A stretch of DNA of 64,000 bases from an uncultured Candidatus Saccharibacteria bacterium (GCA_964399865.1 CAYNRJ010000002.1:97108-161107), one strand, 5' to 3'; counted from the first letter of the stretch, positions 15,001 through 21,760 are shown. Numbers and translations are program-made. The notes: generated from the sequence alone by a model not told the origin.

Positions 15001-18000
15001 TACGATGGAAGTGCATACAACGATCTCGACTTGCGTGCTCTAGCTGGAGCAGGGTCGCAACTGTATTTGGACACAGGAGGCAACGTCGGTATCGGGACGA
15101 CAAGTCCGTCCACGTTGCTACATGTTCAAGGAGGGGTGATTAGGAGCAGTCATGCAAATGGGACATACGCTCTCGACATCGATGCTTCATCGGCAAGTGG
15201 CCCTGTGGCTACATTTGGAACTGGCTCGGACTCAGATGCGTACATGACCTTCGGGTCATATAACAGTATCAACAATCTTGATACTAAATCTCGAGATTTC
15301 CATCTGTTTTCAACGGCTGTTACCTCTGGCTTATTCTTCGAATCAAGCAATGGTAACGTTGGTATAGGCACAACCTCTCCATATGCGAAACTCTCTGTGG
15401 TCGGTCCGGTCGTCGCAGAATATTTCCACGCGACCTCAACAGCGGCGACATCAACATTCGCGGGCGGACTTTTCGTCAACAACGGTGCGATCACTCACGA
15501 CTTCTCGAGCGGCCTCACTTCAATAGACAACCTCGCCCTTGGCGCGCTCACGTTCGATACTGATGCTGGTATCGTGTCGTGGGTAGACATGCCAGTAACT
15601 TCCTCAGCGGCGGCAGGCACTGCCGAAAGCTACTCCGCTCAGATCGATGGCAACCCGCTTCTTACAATCTATGGAGAATCCAATGCTTCTGGTGGCGTGC
15701 AGAATATTGGCGTCGGTATCGGAACAACGACTCCGGGTGCGAAACTCGCAATTCAAGCCGGAGCAACAGATACATATAAAGCAAGCCTCTTCACGATAGG
15801 TAGTTCCACAAGCGCATACGCATCCTCGACACTATTTACAGTCCAGGCAACAGGAAACGTTGGCATCGGGACCTCTTCGCCGTCAACCGCACTGTACGTT
15901 CAGCACAATAACTCAAGCTCCGGAGTGCCGTCTGCTGTTGTTCAAAACACAAATACTGCAGGGAAGTCGCAGTATGCGGCCTTCAATGCAAACAGCACAG
16001 TGAGTGCGGGCTTCGGGGTTTTCAACTCAGCTATTGGGGTGTCTTCGCTTCAGGATGTTCCACACTTTTTCAGTTCCGGACAGCTTCAAATTATGTCTGA
16101 CGGAGGGACCGCCTCCGGTGGGACGAGTCCAATTATCTTTAAGGCAGGCGGGTACGATACAGCAGCAGAAGTTATGCGTATTGTTTCCGGCAAAGTCGGC
16201 ATCGGCACGACATCTCCTTGGGCGAAGCTCTCAGTCAATAATTTCACCGCGGCAGCAGGGTCAACAGCGCCACTCTTTATCGTTGCTTCTTCGACTGGAA
16301 CAGGAGCAACATCTACCGCGTTCTTTATTTCAAGTACAGGTGCAGTTGGGATAGGAACATCAACCACCGTTATTAATGGCACGGAAAGGGCGCTAGTCTT
16401 AGTCGCGAAAGGAACGACGAATGAGCTCATAGGTTTTTCTGGAAGTACGACGACAACCAAATGGCACCTTGGTCTGCAAGCGAAGGGCACAGATCTGAAT
16501 TTTGCGGAAACGGGGGTAGCGGACGGTAGATTGTACTTGCAAGCGGGAGGCAACGTCGGCATCGGTACGACATCGCCAACCGACACTCTCACGGTGGATG
16601 GCGCGGGTCGATTCACAGGTGCATATACGGAAGCAACTACGAACTTCGGTGTTCATGTCGGATACTTAGCTTCAACGCCTCGCATTCTTTTCGCAAACGG
16701 CAATTCTGCCCAGAACTGGCAGATCGATAACTCATCTGGGGACTTCAGGTGGTACACACCAGGCGTGGTGCATATGAATTTGTCCACCACAGGGGGTCTC
16801 ACACTTCCGAACACGACGAGCGGTATAATCAAGGCGAGCGGCACCGGTGATAGTTATTTCACCGGCGATCTCGGCATCGGTACTACATCACTACGTAGTG
16901 ATTCTGATCTACATATTTACAATTCAACAGGTGGAATCCTTGATCTTGAGACAAGCGATGCGGCGGTTATTTCCGGAGACGATCTCGGCACAATCCGCTT
17001 CTTTGCGACAGATGCTGGGTCTACCATCATGGCTCCGGGCGCATATATCCGCGCTGAAGCGAACGGTACATGGGGCGATACTGCGGACGTAGACGATGCT
17101 CCGACCTCGCTCCTCTTCTTTACGCAAAGCGATGGAGCAACCAACGATCTCGCCACTGCACGCATGCTCATCAACTCAAGTGGTAACGTTGGCGTTGCAT
17201 CTTCTACTCCCTGGGCGAAATTCGGCATTGAAAATACGGGATCAGACCGCTCGTTTGTCGTAGGCGACGTCGCAGGCGACCCGACCCCATTCGTCGTAGA
17301 TGCAAGCGGTAGCGTAGGCGTAGGATCATCAACTCCGTGGAGATTACTTTCGGTCGCGGGGACAGTTGCGTTCTCAGGGCTCACGTCGTCTGCAGCGGGA
17401 ACTGCAAACTTTAGTACAGTATGTCTCGCTGAACTAACCGGTGACATCGTGCAGAATGCAGATGATACATGTACGTCTTCTACTGCCACAATCAAACATG
17501 ATATTTTTGAATTAGACTTGAATGGTCTTGAGATTGTTTCTGCGATGACACCGAAGTCATATATATATAACGACGATCTCGACGAGGAAGTGTTCTGGGG
17601 ATTCATTGCAGAAGACATGGATCAAATTGATGATACGTTTGGCACCAAGTTGACTCACTATGAGAATGGGCAGCCGCGCGACTACCAGCAACGTGCCGTT
17701 CTTGCTGTCTTTACCGATGCAATACAGGAATTAAATTCTCGAACCGTGTTCGCCTCAAGTACATACGCATCCTCAACTCCTCGACTATTCGTAGATGCAA
17801 CAGGAAACATCGGGATCGGCACCACAACTCCTCAATACGATCTCCACGTTGTAGGTGATGTTGCCGCACAATCCTTTGTAAACATCTCAACCGAGAGCTC
17901 CAAGAAGAACATCAGTGAGATCGGTGAAGCAACAGAAGACCAATATCTCCAGAAACTTGAGAACATCGATCTTGTTAATTACCTCTACGTCACAGAATCA

Positions 18001-18666
18001 AGCACCTCCACCCCTCATCTAGGCCTTATTGCAGAAGACGCTCCAGCAGAAGTCCTTGCTGCAGGTGGAAAGGGCGTCGACCTCTACAAGTTCATCTCCT
18101 TCCTTACGGGTGCTTTGAAATCTCTTGCTGCTGATGTCAAAGAACTGAGCGAGAAAGTCGCAAGGTTCGCACAAGAGATCACATCGAGGAAGGTTGTCGC
18201 TACGGATACTCTCTGTGTCGGCAATACTTGTGTGACTGAAAGCCAGTTGCAGCAACTACTTGCCGGTCAGAGTGCTACGCCAACACCAGATCCTGAGGAA
18301 CCTCTTACCGGTACTGGCGGCGGTACCGACGAAGCCCCTGTCATCACTATTATCGGCGAGAGTACGATGCATATAGAAGTTGGAGCAGGGTATACAGATC
18401 AAGGAGCGCTCGTAGTAGATGATATAGATCCTAGTGTTGCGATCACCACGTTCGTCGACGGCGAACACGTCCTTTCTGTACAACTCGACACCTCATCCCC
18501 AAGAACATACGAAATAAAATATCGCGCAGTAGATTCAGCAGAGAATGTTACTGAGGCACTACGCACTGTCGAGGTCACGGAGCCAGTGGTGTCGGAATCA
18601 GACGCTGACGGTGAATCAATCCCAGACATTGGAACTAACTCCGAAGAGTCTGATACAGAGGTATGA
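1..18666 (+). CDS. giant repetitive surface fibre/adhesin-like protein, 5'-partial. The reading frame is open from window position 1, so the ORF-track GTG at 343 is internal and the true length exceeds 6,200 aa.
   Basis: Frame 1 translation of 1-342 (LATINSTAITAGGTFTITAASSTLL...) continues the same repeat family seen internally. The protein is extremely Gly/Thr/Ser/Ala-rich. About 25 copies of a ~120-aa repeat are present (motifs SLLKT, AGTDY, GGATTTGN, NVGIGTTSP-AKL). No stop codon occurs for 18.6 kb. Confidence 0.85.
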   Translation, partial: LATINSTAITAGGTFTITAASSTLLTDTNRFTGGNVFSNATSTNFAITGISNSLLSTNANGSIVATTSLSTNILNGTLSITNGGTGTSTPGAYGDVFTWNGSNWQGFATSTLGLVKFSDLSIYSTFGYPFPNNATTTGLGLYASTTIGAGGQATGLTISGGATTTGNAYFAGSVGIGTNSPLGALQVTQAANLPRYGIDVVSSDDNTTLSLTNTDTGGGTWWLASTGGSSSWGQGKLLFGAGANWPSAPVMTLDSTGYLGLGLTSPATRLDVLGTASSTNLFVNTTATTTNLAVTGITSSLLKTNSLGQITAAVAGTDYANFQYLFPLNATTTGLGLYASTTIGAGTSVTGLTISGGATTTGNLLVQGSATTTNIAVTGTASSSALIISSAGGSGTRCLQVGADGTVSANGSACGTGSGGFDFTPTTFGAIAANSTSTLIGFSQGIFSLASSTIGAGGQTTGLTVSGGATTTGNQYIGGTLNAGATTLSSLTLTTALSATNGGTGQSSYTTGDILYASGANTLSKLPIGNAGEVLKIAGGIPSWGTDLSSGGGTGGTWSTTTSQVTGTLINYPNNTSDIVVIGSTATTSAEYWFDPNAGITYLSGNVGIGTVAPLAKVTIADTLGSGARYLDIGDDSYLTDLDTANTLGVYGIQDSAIASLRLGSGGGTISGASGNIGIGDSTPTFTLDVTGNARFTSFVDASHFVATSTTNINSFPLLTATTATTTNFAVTSVTSSLLKTNSLGQITAAVAGTDYTNFQFPWTATTFGSTNANSTSTLIGFTQGIYALASSTIGAGGQTTGLTISGGATTTGNLIVQGTGTSTFAGAVAIGNDGSGAYQDANDLVVGSLTGSNGITVRAGTSGVSNVFFADSVSGSGQYSGIISYSHALDRFQITTGSAGYSGSLGMYITSSGNTAIGTTTPYSKLTAWGTGSLFEAVTNASTTIFKIGQNGATSTNFAITGVISSLLKTDASGNIGAAIAGTDYANFQYLFPSNATSTTLTFGAGLLSSASSTFSANLNIATTSSLLATNANGTIVATTSLSTNFLSGTLATINSTAITAGGTFTITAASSTLLANTNYWSGGNIFTNATTTSLYIGSLTGPLQAIGGQVSATSTLSIAYGGTGLSTAPSYGQLLMGNSSGAYALTSTSSLGLASFAFPFTPATSWNSTSTLILFSQGIIANASSTIGGGTSVTGLTISGGATTTGNAYIAGNLGVGSSTPNYKLDVKGFVNVDEFSGYKQGGNTILYASTTNNALAVGASSAAAWMSASSTAWNSVAIGDGALGTTPLNAGSNNNVAIGANSLRNLTTGSSNVAIGKDALYSATSGSENFALGASVLYYNNGDYNVGIGSGVLGSNTSGSYNIGIGRLSMQYNTVGENNVAIGGATLNQATSSSNNTAIGFFAGASISGATGAVGAGNTLLGHRAGGEITTGGYNTIIGYFTGSNVTTGSNNILIGQDVRSGLSVTASDQLNIGNLLFGTGLGSGTTLGTGNIGIGLANPATKLDVLGTASSTNLFVNTTATTTNLTISGITNSLLSANSLGQVIATSTLSTNYLSGTLATINSTTITAGGTFTITAASSTLLANTNYWSGSNTFTNATSTNFAITSITSSLLKTNSSGSIVPAIAGTDYSNFQFPWTATTFGATSANSTSTLIGFNAGLYALASSTIGNGTLGLTVSGTATTTGRAYFGGNVGIGIANPAHLLEITPTADNANHFVINSSSGADRFRVGTDGSGHGFLTLFDGSSNQDVLIGANGISYFNGGNVGIGNSAPNEKLNVQGAIAGQALFATSSTITSVFTGGVYVTGTTTLANATSTNFAITAVTSTLLKTNSTGGVIPAIAGTDYSNFQFPFTPAASWNSTSTLILFSNGIIANASSTIGAGGQATGLTISGGATTTGDLRVQGTATSSFAGILSIGSTTPAGTPVFFVGTSSPLLTVTKPRGYVGIGTASPTSVLYVNTPTTDIAAATFAKAQAGSDTGAYLEFTGASGVSRGFVGFTKHGGGSDTFFTGETADALAIRAEAAFQLGVGDLISMTAIDNGNIGIGDVSPASLFTVGANDAFQVNSSGVVAAATGITSSGNITFSGLSAGGVGVTGTGLLYSFSTSTWTFASSTLLSDTNRWTGGNVFSNATSTNFAITAVTSSLLKTNANGSIVPAIAGTDYVAGSSFFQFPWTATTFGSTAANSTSTLIGFTQGIYALASSTIGAGGQTTGLTISGGATTTGNAYFAGRVGIGTASPVTDLEVSRTYGKIARFYATAQTGIYLDVANDNNKGGYIGHSLPSMTSSVGTVNSGLWLSSYDGSNPGGTIKLATADTDQISFITGTTPVSRMSITSAGKVGIGTTSPVAQLTVATQNGANGSINKLFLVASSTASATTTLFSIDNTGLVSYTTLNGGPATTTALAITGVTSSLLKTDSAGNVLAAVAGTDYSNFGFPFTPSASWNSTSTLILFSQGIIANASSTIGAGGQATGLTISGGATTTGDLSVQGTATSSFIGVLSIGSTTPSGNALFSIGTSTPLIVVDKRTGNVGIGTSAPGATLDIFKASGTGLRIGQSGNYFISLGSSGIVSSRGAGAFVINSDHGINFQEDSTTVFSIADGAPANILSISSTGNVGVGTTSPYAKLSVVGEAVAAYFTATTTTNINTFPLLTSTTATTTNLAVTGVTSSLLKTNSLGQVTAAVAGADYANFQYLFPSNATTTALGLYASTTIGDGSQVGGLTISGGASTTRDFYFGTGAQVDFHDEIADKLYLYSNTYGIGIEASTLTNWSGTQFRWRVGGTSVTTGSERMLLTGSGLTVTGSATTSSNLVVQGNATTTNLAITGVTSSLLKTDASGNVLAAVAGTDYANFGYLFPVDGYATTTGLGIFASTTIGDGSQAGGLTVSGNATTSGRLFVGNSIGSVNTASANGPRAINLIDTSAVMRVWRYAATTTTNNPAIELIQGTNTNGSSADNTWWDMFTSADGGTPDSERFSIRRRTGGSNGVFFSIHSSGNVGIGNNVPSEKLNVQGAIAGQGLFATSSAMTSVFTGGLTVSGTTTLASATSTNFAITNLTSTLLKTNSDGSVVAAVAGTDYATPGQASFPFTPSASWNSTSTLILFSQGIIANASSTIGAGGQGTGLTISGGATTTGHSYFAGSLGISTTTFNSAQFSLQATSSNATLATLYSSTGSTKLFDATVVSDVPLFTFGKKAGTKLTQYTQVEFTDENGNNSDWSFRVAGNSYPIINLGSSGGTLASPSNVSPPTEYSNKISGLILGHGYINSAWRDTSGISFGYDATPSGSAYSSNITFLTTSGTTITERMRLSTAGNLGIGNNSPTEKLNVQGIAQAQAFNATSTAFTSQLLGGLIVSGTTTLANATSTNLSVSGTASTTALIVSGAGGAAGCATFAADGTISNTGSACGTGGGTFSWTATTFGSIAANSTSTLIGFTQGIYALASSTIGDGTQTGGLTISGGATTTGQLTVSGTATSSIAGTLSLGSTTPIGSNSRLFIQSPSSGSAFRIARATSAGSFIDVSLSSSGNTAATTITDGGSNTLTVAAGSAGISLNDANASPVKIHTATALNTSSFTVGSGTTTFVGGRVGVGTSSPFAKFSIHAPSSGTYFSTIFAVASSSLAATTTVFSVDGLGATTTNFAISNVTSSLLKTTATGAVIPAVAGTDYATPGQASFPFTPAVAWNATSTLILFSQGIIANASSTIGDGTQAGGLTINGGATTTRNLVLTGTAANLVLGSNYLSGDGGDEGIFVDSSGYVGIGTTTPPSKLSVQSGGGTNAILVTNSGNGSNSTALHVNSNGSGTFYAYDLDANLTALYSNEAARLASGGLYLWTNSATDASGGGTPDTSFSRLSAGKIGVGTGAANEIDGTLIAGSIGIGTTSPYAKLSVVGETVAAYFTATTTTNINTFPLLTATTATTTNLAVTGITSSLLKTNSLGQLTAAVAGTDYATPGQASFPFTPAVAWNATSTLILFSQGIIANASSTIGAGGQTTGLTISGGATTTGNLFVTGSGTSTFANYLGIGTTSPWGNGLLTVGTSTPLLYVDKTNGYVGMGTTTPTAQLQVGEQVAVPFASGLNTSLVKFGREIIDSGSVDQETAVLQVGSNIRSTGNTGEIHASMYTEMETNALSYGNFTNSLLGHSINIVHRATTTVANFQALDPDIQLVAGAGSVTNAMGVDIDVSPQAGYTGTVTNAYAIKADIDNVSGATITNAYGLRLGFTNGGTLTNGYGVYLTDVPATNSYGIYQAGTNDLNYFGGNVGVGTTSPFAKLSVHGDTLGTYNSTLFAVASSSLSATTTIFSVDQLGATTTNFAISNVASSLLKTTATGAVIPAVAGTDYATPGQASFPFTPAVAWNATSTLILFSQGIIANASSTIGAGGQTTGLTISGGATTTADLVVGGGTLNISNQTFSSEQTYSRLLNRTVVQHYQNSSNNYVRNLDIVAAGYDRQSVIRFLNQTRNTSDPVETVRINESGNLGVGTTSPFAKLSVHGDTLGTYNSTLFAVASSSLSATTTIFSVDQLGATTTNFAISNVASSLLKTTATGAVIPAVAGTDYANFSYLFPVNGYATTTGLGIFASTTIGAGGQTTGLTISGGATTTGNLFVTGSGTSTFSNFLAIGTSSPWGNGLLNVGTSSPRLYVDNTSGYVGIGTTTPSYPLTVAGSSALIYNETGSAYLNLKSGVNGDNAINAGINFQGADGTDFAISYDRRGCCTPGLNFWSYIAGEYKEVFSVGLNNGLILNRFPGTPYPGNVSMQTGSTSAAILTVDGGGSSGAAVKGLVVQGASSQTANLQEWQNSSGVVLAAVTAAGNFGIGNGNVSPNEKLNVQGAIAGQALFATSSTMTSVFTGGVYVTGTTTLANATSTNFAVTGTASTTALIVSNAGGTAGCATFSSIGLLSNTGSACGGSGSAFPFTPTTFGATSANSTSTLIGFTQGIYALASSTIGNGTLTGGLTISGGATTTDNLYVGGYLEVVDSGTLANFNDGSDGINFQVSGGVAGIIGYDGSAYNDLDLRALAGAGSQLYLDTGGNVGIGTTSPSTLLHVQGGVIRSSHANGTYALDIDASSASGPVATFGTGSDSDAYMTFGSYNSINNLDTKSRDFHLFSTAVTSGLFFESSNGNVGIGTTSPYAKLSVVGPVVAEYFHATSTAATSTFAGGLFVNNGAITHDFSSGLTSIDNLALGALTFDTDAGIVSWVDMPVTSSAAAGTAESYSAQIDGNPLLTIYGESNASGGVQNIGVGIGTTTPGAKLAIQAGATDTYKASLFTIGSSTSAYASSTLFTVQATGNVGIGTSSPSTALYVQHNNSSSGVPSAVVQNTNTAGKSQYAAFNANSTVSAGFGVFNSAIGVSSLQDVPHFFSSGQLQIMSDGGTASGGTSPIIFKAGGYDTAAEVMRIVSGKVGIGTTSPWAKLSVNNFTAAAGSTAPLFIVASSTGTGATSTAFFISSTGAVGIGTSTTVINGTERALVLVAKGTTNELIGFSGSTTTTKWHLGLQAKGTDLNFAETGVADGRLYLQAGGNVGIGTTSPTDTLTVDGAGRFTGAYTEATTNFGVHVGYLASTPRILFANGNSAQNWQIDNSSGDFRWYTPGVVHMNLSTTGGLTLPNTTSGIIKASGTGDSYFTGDLGIGTTSLRSDSDLHIYNSTGGILDLETSDAAVISGDDLGTIRFFATDAGSTIMAPGAYIRAEANGTWGDTADVDDAPTSLLFFTQSDGATNDLATARMLINSSGNVGVASSTPWAKFGIENTGSDRSFVVGDVAGDPTPFVVDASGSVGVGSSTPWRLLSVAGTVAFSGLTSSAAGTANFSTVCLAELTGDIVQNADDTCTSSTATIKHDIFELDLNGLEIVSAMTPKSYIYNDDLDEEVFWGFIAEDMDQIDDTFGTKLTHYENGQPRDYQQRAVLAVFTDAIQELNSRTVFASSTYASSTPRLFVDATGNIGIGTTTPQYDLHVVGDVAAQSFVNISTESSKKNISEIGEATEDQYLQKLENIDLVNYLYVTESSTSTPHLGLIAEDAPAEVLAAGGKGVDLYKFISFLTGALKSLAADVKELSEKVARFAQEITSRKVVATDTLCVGNTCVTESQLQQLLAGQSATPTPDPEEPLTGTGGGTDEAPVITIIGESTMHIEVGAGYTDQGALVVDDIDPSVAITTFVDGEHVLSVQLDTSSPRTYEIKYRAVDSAENVTEALRTVEVTEPVVSESDADGESIPDIGTNSEESDTEV
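3750..4450 (+). repeat. Hep_Hag / YadA-head-like short beta-roll repeats inside the giant gene (NNVAIG, SNVAIGKDAL, YNVGIGSGVLG, NNTAIGFFAG, NNILIGQDV)
   Basis: Recurrent N-x-(A/V)-(I/L)-G-x-x-(A/S)-L heptad-like motifs, typical of trimeric adhesin heads and phage tail-fibre repeats. Confidence 0.6.
10981..13760 (+). repeat. nested, nearly identical intragenic direct repeats. A ~120-nt unit occurs at about 10981, 11827 and 12997. A ~207-nt unit is identical at about 12779-12985 and 13434-13640.
   Basis: Identical nucleotide strings were read directly. They are mirrored by identical antisense ORF-track peptides (12753..13001 equals 13362..13652; 11835..12038 is almost identical to 13005..13208 and 10989..11180). 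Confidence 0.85.
17473..18060 (+). other. two tandem peptidase-S74 / intramolecular-chaperone-like (tail-fibre auto-processing) modules in the C-terminal region of the giant protein
   Basis: TSSTATIKHDIFELDLNGLEIVSAMTPKSYIYNDDLDEEVFWGFIAEDMDQI and STESSKKNISEIGEATEDQYLQKLENIDLVNYLYV...HLGLIAEDAPAEVL match the S-D-x-R-L-K-x-N-I ... Y-x-Y ... G-F-I-A-Q-E pattern of the endosialidase chaperone domain. An Ig-like module (PVITIIGESTMHIEVGAGYTDQGALVVDD...) follows. Confidence 0.6.
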
Positions 18667-19652
18667 TTACTTCGATGCGCACCAAAAGGATAGTAAGAAT
18701 TCTTGTTAAGACTGGACTCCTCCTCGCGATCGGTGTGAGTATCGGTATATATGTGGCAAAGGGTAAGGGAATTGATGAGTGTGGCAAAGCATATACATTC
18801 CTGAATCAAAGCGCGATTTGCGCCGAGCAAGTGATCTCGAAGACTGCGTACACGAAGACCCAGCGCGAGATCAGTCAATATGTCGAAACTGCACGATTGA
18901 CCGGAAAGGCAAAGGAGGTAAGTGTATATTTTCGTGATTTGAATAATGGCCCCGTATTTGGACTTAATGAACTGGACGAATTTGTCCCTGCATCACTCCT
19001 GAAGTTACCGCTTGCCTTCGTGTACCTTACGGTTGCAGAAATACAACCTGGATTACTCGCTCAACGAATTCAATATACAGCCGCCGATACTACAGCAGTG
19101 CAGTATTTCAAGGGCATTCAAACGGTCCATGCCGGGGAAGAGCATACAGTGGAAGAGCTATTGGAGCTCATGCTGACGTATTCTGACAATAATGCGCAAG
19201 AACTGCTGTCGAGCTATTTAGAGACCGACTCGAGCGCCATCGATGTTCGTGCGGAAATATTCAACGAACTTGGTCTTACGGATCCCGAGACCGCAATGGA
19301 AGAAAGTTTGAGCGTACGCGGATACGCAGCACTTTTCCGTCTGTTATATAACGCATCTTTCTTAAATGCCGAACAGTCGGAAAAAGTCTTGGGATGGCTG
19401 TCGCGCTCGGATTTTAAAGAGGGGCTCACAGCAGGAGTACCCGAGGGCATTATCGTTGCTCATAAATTCGGGGAACGCTCGGCAATGGATTCAGATGAAC
19501 GACAGTTACACGATTGCGGCATCGTCTACTATCCCGAAAATCCGTATCTGTTGTGCATTATGACAAAGGGCGACAATTGGGAAGAGCTTGCGAAGGTGAT
19601 TGCCGATATTTCCCGTACGATATTTGAAGAAGTGAATTCACGTAGGATATGA
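18663..19652 (+). CDS. serine hydrolase with class A beta-lactamase / DD-peptidase fold, N-terminal membrane anchor
   Basis: Motifs S-x-x-K (PASLLKLP), SDN (YSDNNA) and a K-T-G-like motif (VAHKFGE) are present. The start overlaps the giant gene stop (ATGA). Confidence 0.7.
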   Translation: MITSMRTKRIVRILVKTGLLLAIGVSIGIYVAKGKGIDECGKAYTFLNQSAICAEQVISKTAYTKTQREISQYVETARLTGKAKEVSVYFRDLNNGPVFGLNELDEFVPASLLKLPLAFVYLTVAEIQPGLLAQRIQYTAADTTAVQYFKGIQTVHAGEEHTVEELLELMLTYSDNNAQELLSSYLETDSSAIDVRAEIFNELGLTDPETAMEESLSVRGYAALFRLLYNASFLNAEQSEKVLGWLSRSDFKEGLTAGVPEGIIVAHKFGERSAMDSDERQLHDCGIVYYPENPYLLCIMTKGDNWEELAKVIADISRTIFEEVNSRRI

Positions 19653-21760
19653 GAAAGCACGATCTCAATGCAGTGGCGGCAATACTATTTATAGGTGCAA
19701 TTTTTCTTGCGCCGCAGTTTGCGGATGCGGGTGTTATCGGCCGACCGGCGAATAATCTCGGTCTCATAGGGTATTGGAGTTTTAATGAAGGAACAACGAC
19801 CAGCGTCGGAGATTTCAGTGGTTTTGGAAACACGGGCACCGCGTCTACCTCTATGTGGACCTCGGGTAGAAGAGGTACGGCGCTCAACTTCAATGGTACC
19901 AACCAGTACGCGACAATGTCGACTTTCAATCAATCTCTTTTACCTGCCACTTTTGTGTCATGGGTATACGTACCGACGGCAGCCGACCTGCAGGCATGCC
20001 GGGGGGTCGTCTTCTCGAGAGGCACGAGCGTGTCAGGTATTAACGTAGGAGCATGCTCTGCTTCGACGAAGCTCGGGTATCACTGGAATGGTGCTGCGAA
20101 TACATGGGGGTGGACTGGAGGACCTCCCGTTCCTATCGGCGAATGGTTCCTTGCAGCGCTTGTTGTTGAATCTAGTCAGGCAACGATGTATGCAATAACC
20201 GCAAGTGGGGCAACTTCGACTGCAAATGGAGTCGCCCACACTGCTTCGACGATAAATGACCTCAAGATTGGCGTTGATGAAACGTTGGATCGTTATTTTG
20301 AAGGAAAGATAGATGAGGCGCGTATTTATAATCGTGCATTAACCCAGGCAGAATTGCAGGTGTTGTATCAATCTGGAGCTGCCGTTCTCAATAAATCTCA
20401 TACTTCCGTCGCGGAGGGTCTTGTCGGATGGTGGACCATGGATGGTCAGGAGATGTCTATGAATATCGGGGACAAAAGTGGTAATGGGAATAACGGGTAT
20501 CTCGTTAACGCGCCGACGTCAACAGCTCAGATTGTCGGCAAAATTGGTTCCGCGCTCTCCTTTGATGGAATAGATGACTATGTGATCGTGAACGATAGTG
20601 ACAGCTTAGATACAGCAAACGGCCTAACGGTCTCAGCGTGGATATACGATAGTAATGATGGACAGCAACGCCACTCGATAAATAAAGACAACACCTCGCA
20701 AAGAAATTGGATAATCAGGCGTCAAACGGATACCACAGGTAATTACCACATGTGGAATTCCGGGGGTACTTTGCGTCAGTTTGTGCCCGCGAACAGTTGG
20801 AAAATTAATGAATGGTTCCACGTGGTGTTTACGGCTGCTGTTAGTGGGTCAACGATTAATCTTGAGGTGTTCATTAACGGAGTTTCTGTCGGAACAGATT
20901 CATTCGCAGGTACGGCTCTGCAAACGGGTACTTCGCGGATGCATATGGGCATAGACGCGCCCGGCGGTAGTGAAAAACGCCAACGTCTTGACGACGTACG
21001 TGTGTACAATCGAGCGGTTTCTGCAGCGGAGGCGAAACAAATATATAACGAAAGCGCCGGAGCTAAAATAAACGTGAGTACGGCAACAGGATCTTTAAAT
21101 GACGGACTTGTCGGATATTGGTCATTCAACGGTCCAGATGTCACAGATACAGCAATCTACGATCGTTCTCCGAGCGGGGTCAATAGTTATTTTGTTAATA
21201 GTGCAACATCAACGGCAAAAACTCCGGGGGTCATAGGACAAGCGCTCAATTTTAATGGCGTTAACAATTTTGCATCGCTGCTCACAGACTTCAGCGAGCC
21301 GTCGAATCTCACTCTTTCTATATGGTTTAAGACCACCTCTACCGCTTCAAAGAATGCACTTTTCGGTCAGGCGAATGTGCAACCGCCAACCGGGGCGAGC
21401 TCATTCGTGCCGCCGCTATGGGTATTGTCTGACGGAAGAGTGCGAGCAGAACTTTGGACCGGAGGCGCGGGGCAAATTTATTCATCAAGTGGCTACAACG
21501 ACGGGCATTGGCACATGGCCACTCTCGTTGCCACGACGACAATGCAATCTTTGTATGTGGATGGAGAATATGTCGGAAGTAGATCCGGTACTCTTAGTCA
21601 GAGCTGGTGGGTGTCCTCAACTATCGGCGCTGCGTATGTGAACTCCCGTGAGAGTCAGAGTGGGTGGGGCTACTTCAATGGATCGATAGATGAAGTGAGA
21701 TTCTATAACCGCGCACTGAGCGCTGCGGAGATTAAGCGACTCTACAATACAGGACAATGA
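19649..21760 (+). CDS. secreted protein with three LamG / concanavalin-A-like lectin domains
   Basis: Signal peptide MRKHDLNAVAAILFIGAIFLAPQFADA. Three repeats end in the LamG_3 signature (IDEARIYNRALTQAELQVLY, LDDVRVYNRAVSAAEAKQIY, IDEVRFYNRALSAAEIKRLY). The start overlaps the upstream stop (ATGA). Confidence 0.75.
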   Translation: MRKHDLNAVAAILFIGAIFLAPQFADAGVIGRPANNLGLIGYWSFNEGTTTSVGDFSGFGNTGTASTSMWTSGRRGTALNFNGTNQYATMSTFNQSLLPATFVSWVYVPTAADLQACRGVVFSRGTSVSGINVGACSASTKLGYHWNGAANTWGWTGGPPVPIGEWFLAALVVESSQATMYAITASGATSTANGVAHTASTINDLKIGVDETLDRYFEGKIDEARIYNRALTQAELQVLYQSGAAVLNKSHTSVAEGLVGWWTMDGQEMSMNIGDKSGNGNNGYLVNAPTSTAQIVGKIGSALSFDGIDDYVIVNDSDSLDTANGLTVSAWIYDSNDGQQRHSINKDNTSQRNWIIRRQTDTTGNYHMWNSGGTLRQFVPANSWKINEWFHVVFTAAVSGSTINLEVFINGVSVGTDSFAGTALQTGTSRMHMGIDAPGGSEKRQRLDDVRVYNRAVSAAEAKQIYNESAGAKINVSTATGSLNDGLVGYWSFNGPDVTDTAIYDRSPSGVNSYFVNSATSTAKTPGVIGQALNFNGVNNFASLLTDFSEPSNLTLSIWFKTTSTASKNALFGQANVQPPTGASSFVPPLWVLSDGRVRAELWTGGAGQIYSSSGYNDGHWHMATLVATTTMQSLYVDGEYVGSRSGTLSQSWWVSSTIGAAYVNSRESQSGWGYFNGSIDEVRFYNRALSAAEIKRLYNTGQ

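Noticed and set aside
276-17618. Many antisense and out-of-frame ORFs inside the giant gene (e.g. 5928..6470, 16086..16616, 16917..17618, 12753..13001, 13362..13652)
   Set aside because: They are by-products of the Gly/Thr/Ala-rich low-complexity coding strand. They have Pro/Val/Ala-rich nonsense composition. Identical pairs simply mirror the internal DNA duplications.
17473-18060. Prophage interpretation based on the S74 tail-fibre chaperone modules
   Set aside because: No capsid, portal, terminase, tape-measure, integrase or lysis genes are within 40 kb downstream. The neighbours are housekeeping genes.
343-18666. ORF-track start (GTG at 343) for the giant gene
   Set aside because: Frame 1 is open from window position 1 and encodes the same repeat family (LATINSTAITAGGTFTITAASSTLL...). 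The gene is 5'-truncated by the window edge, not started at 343.
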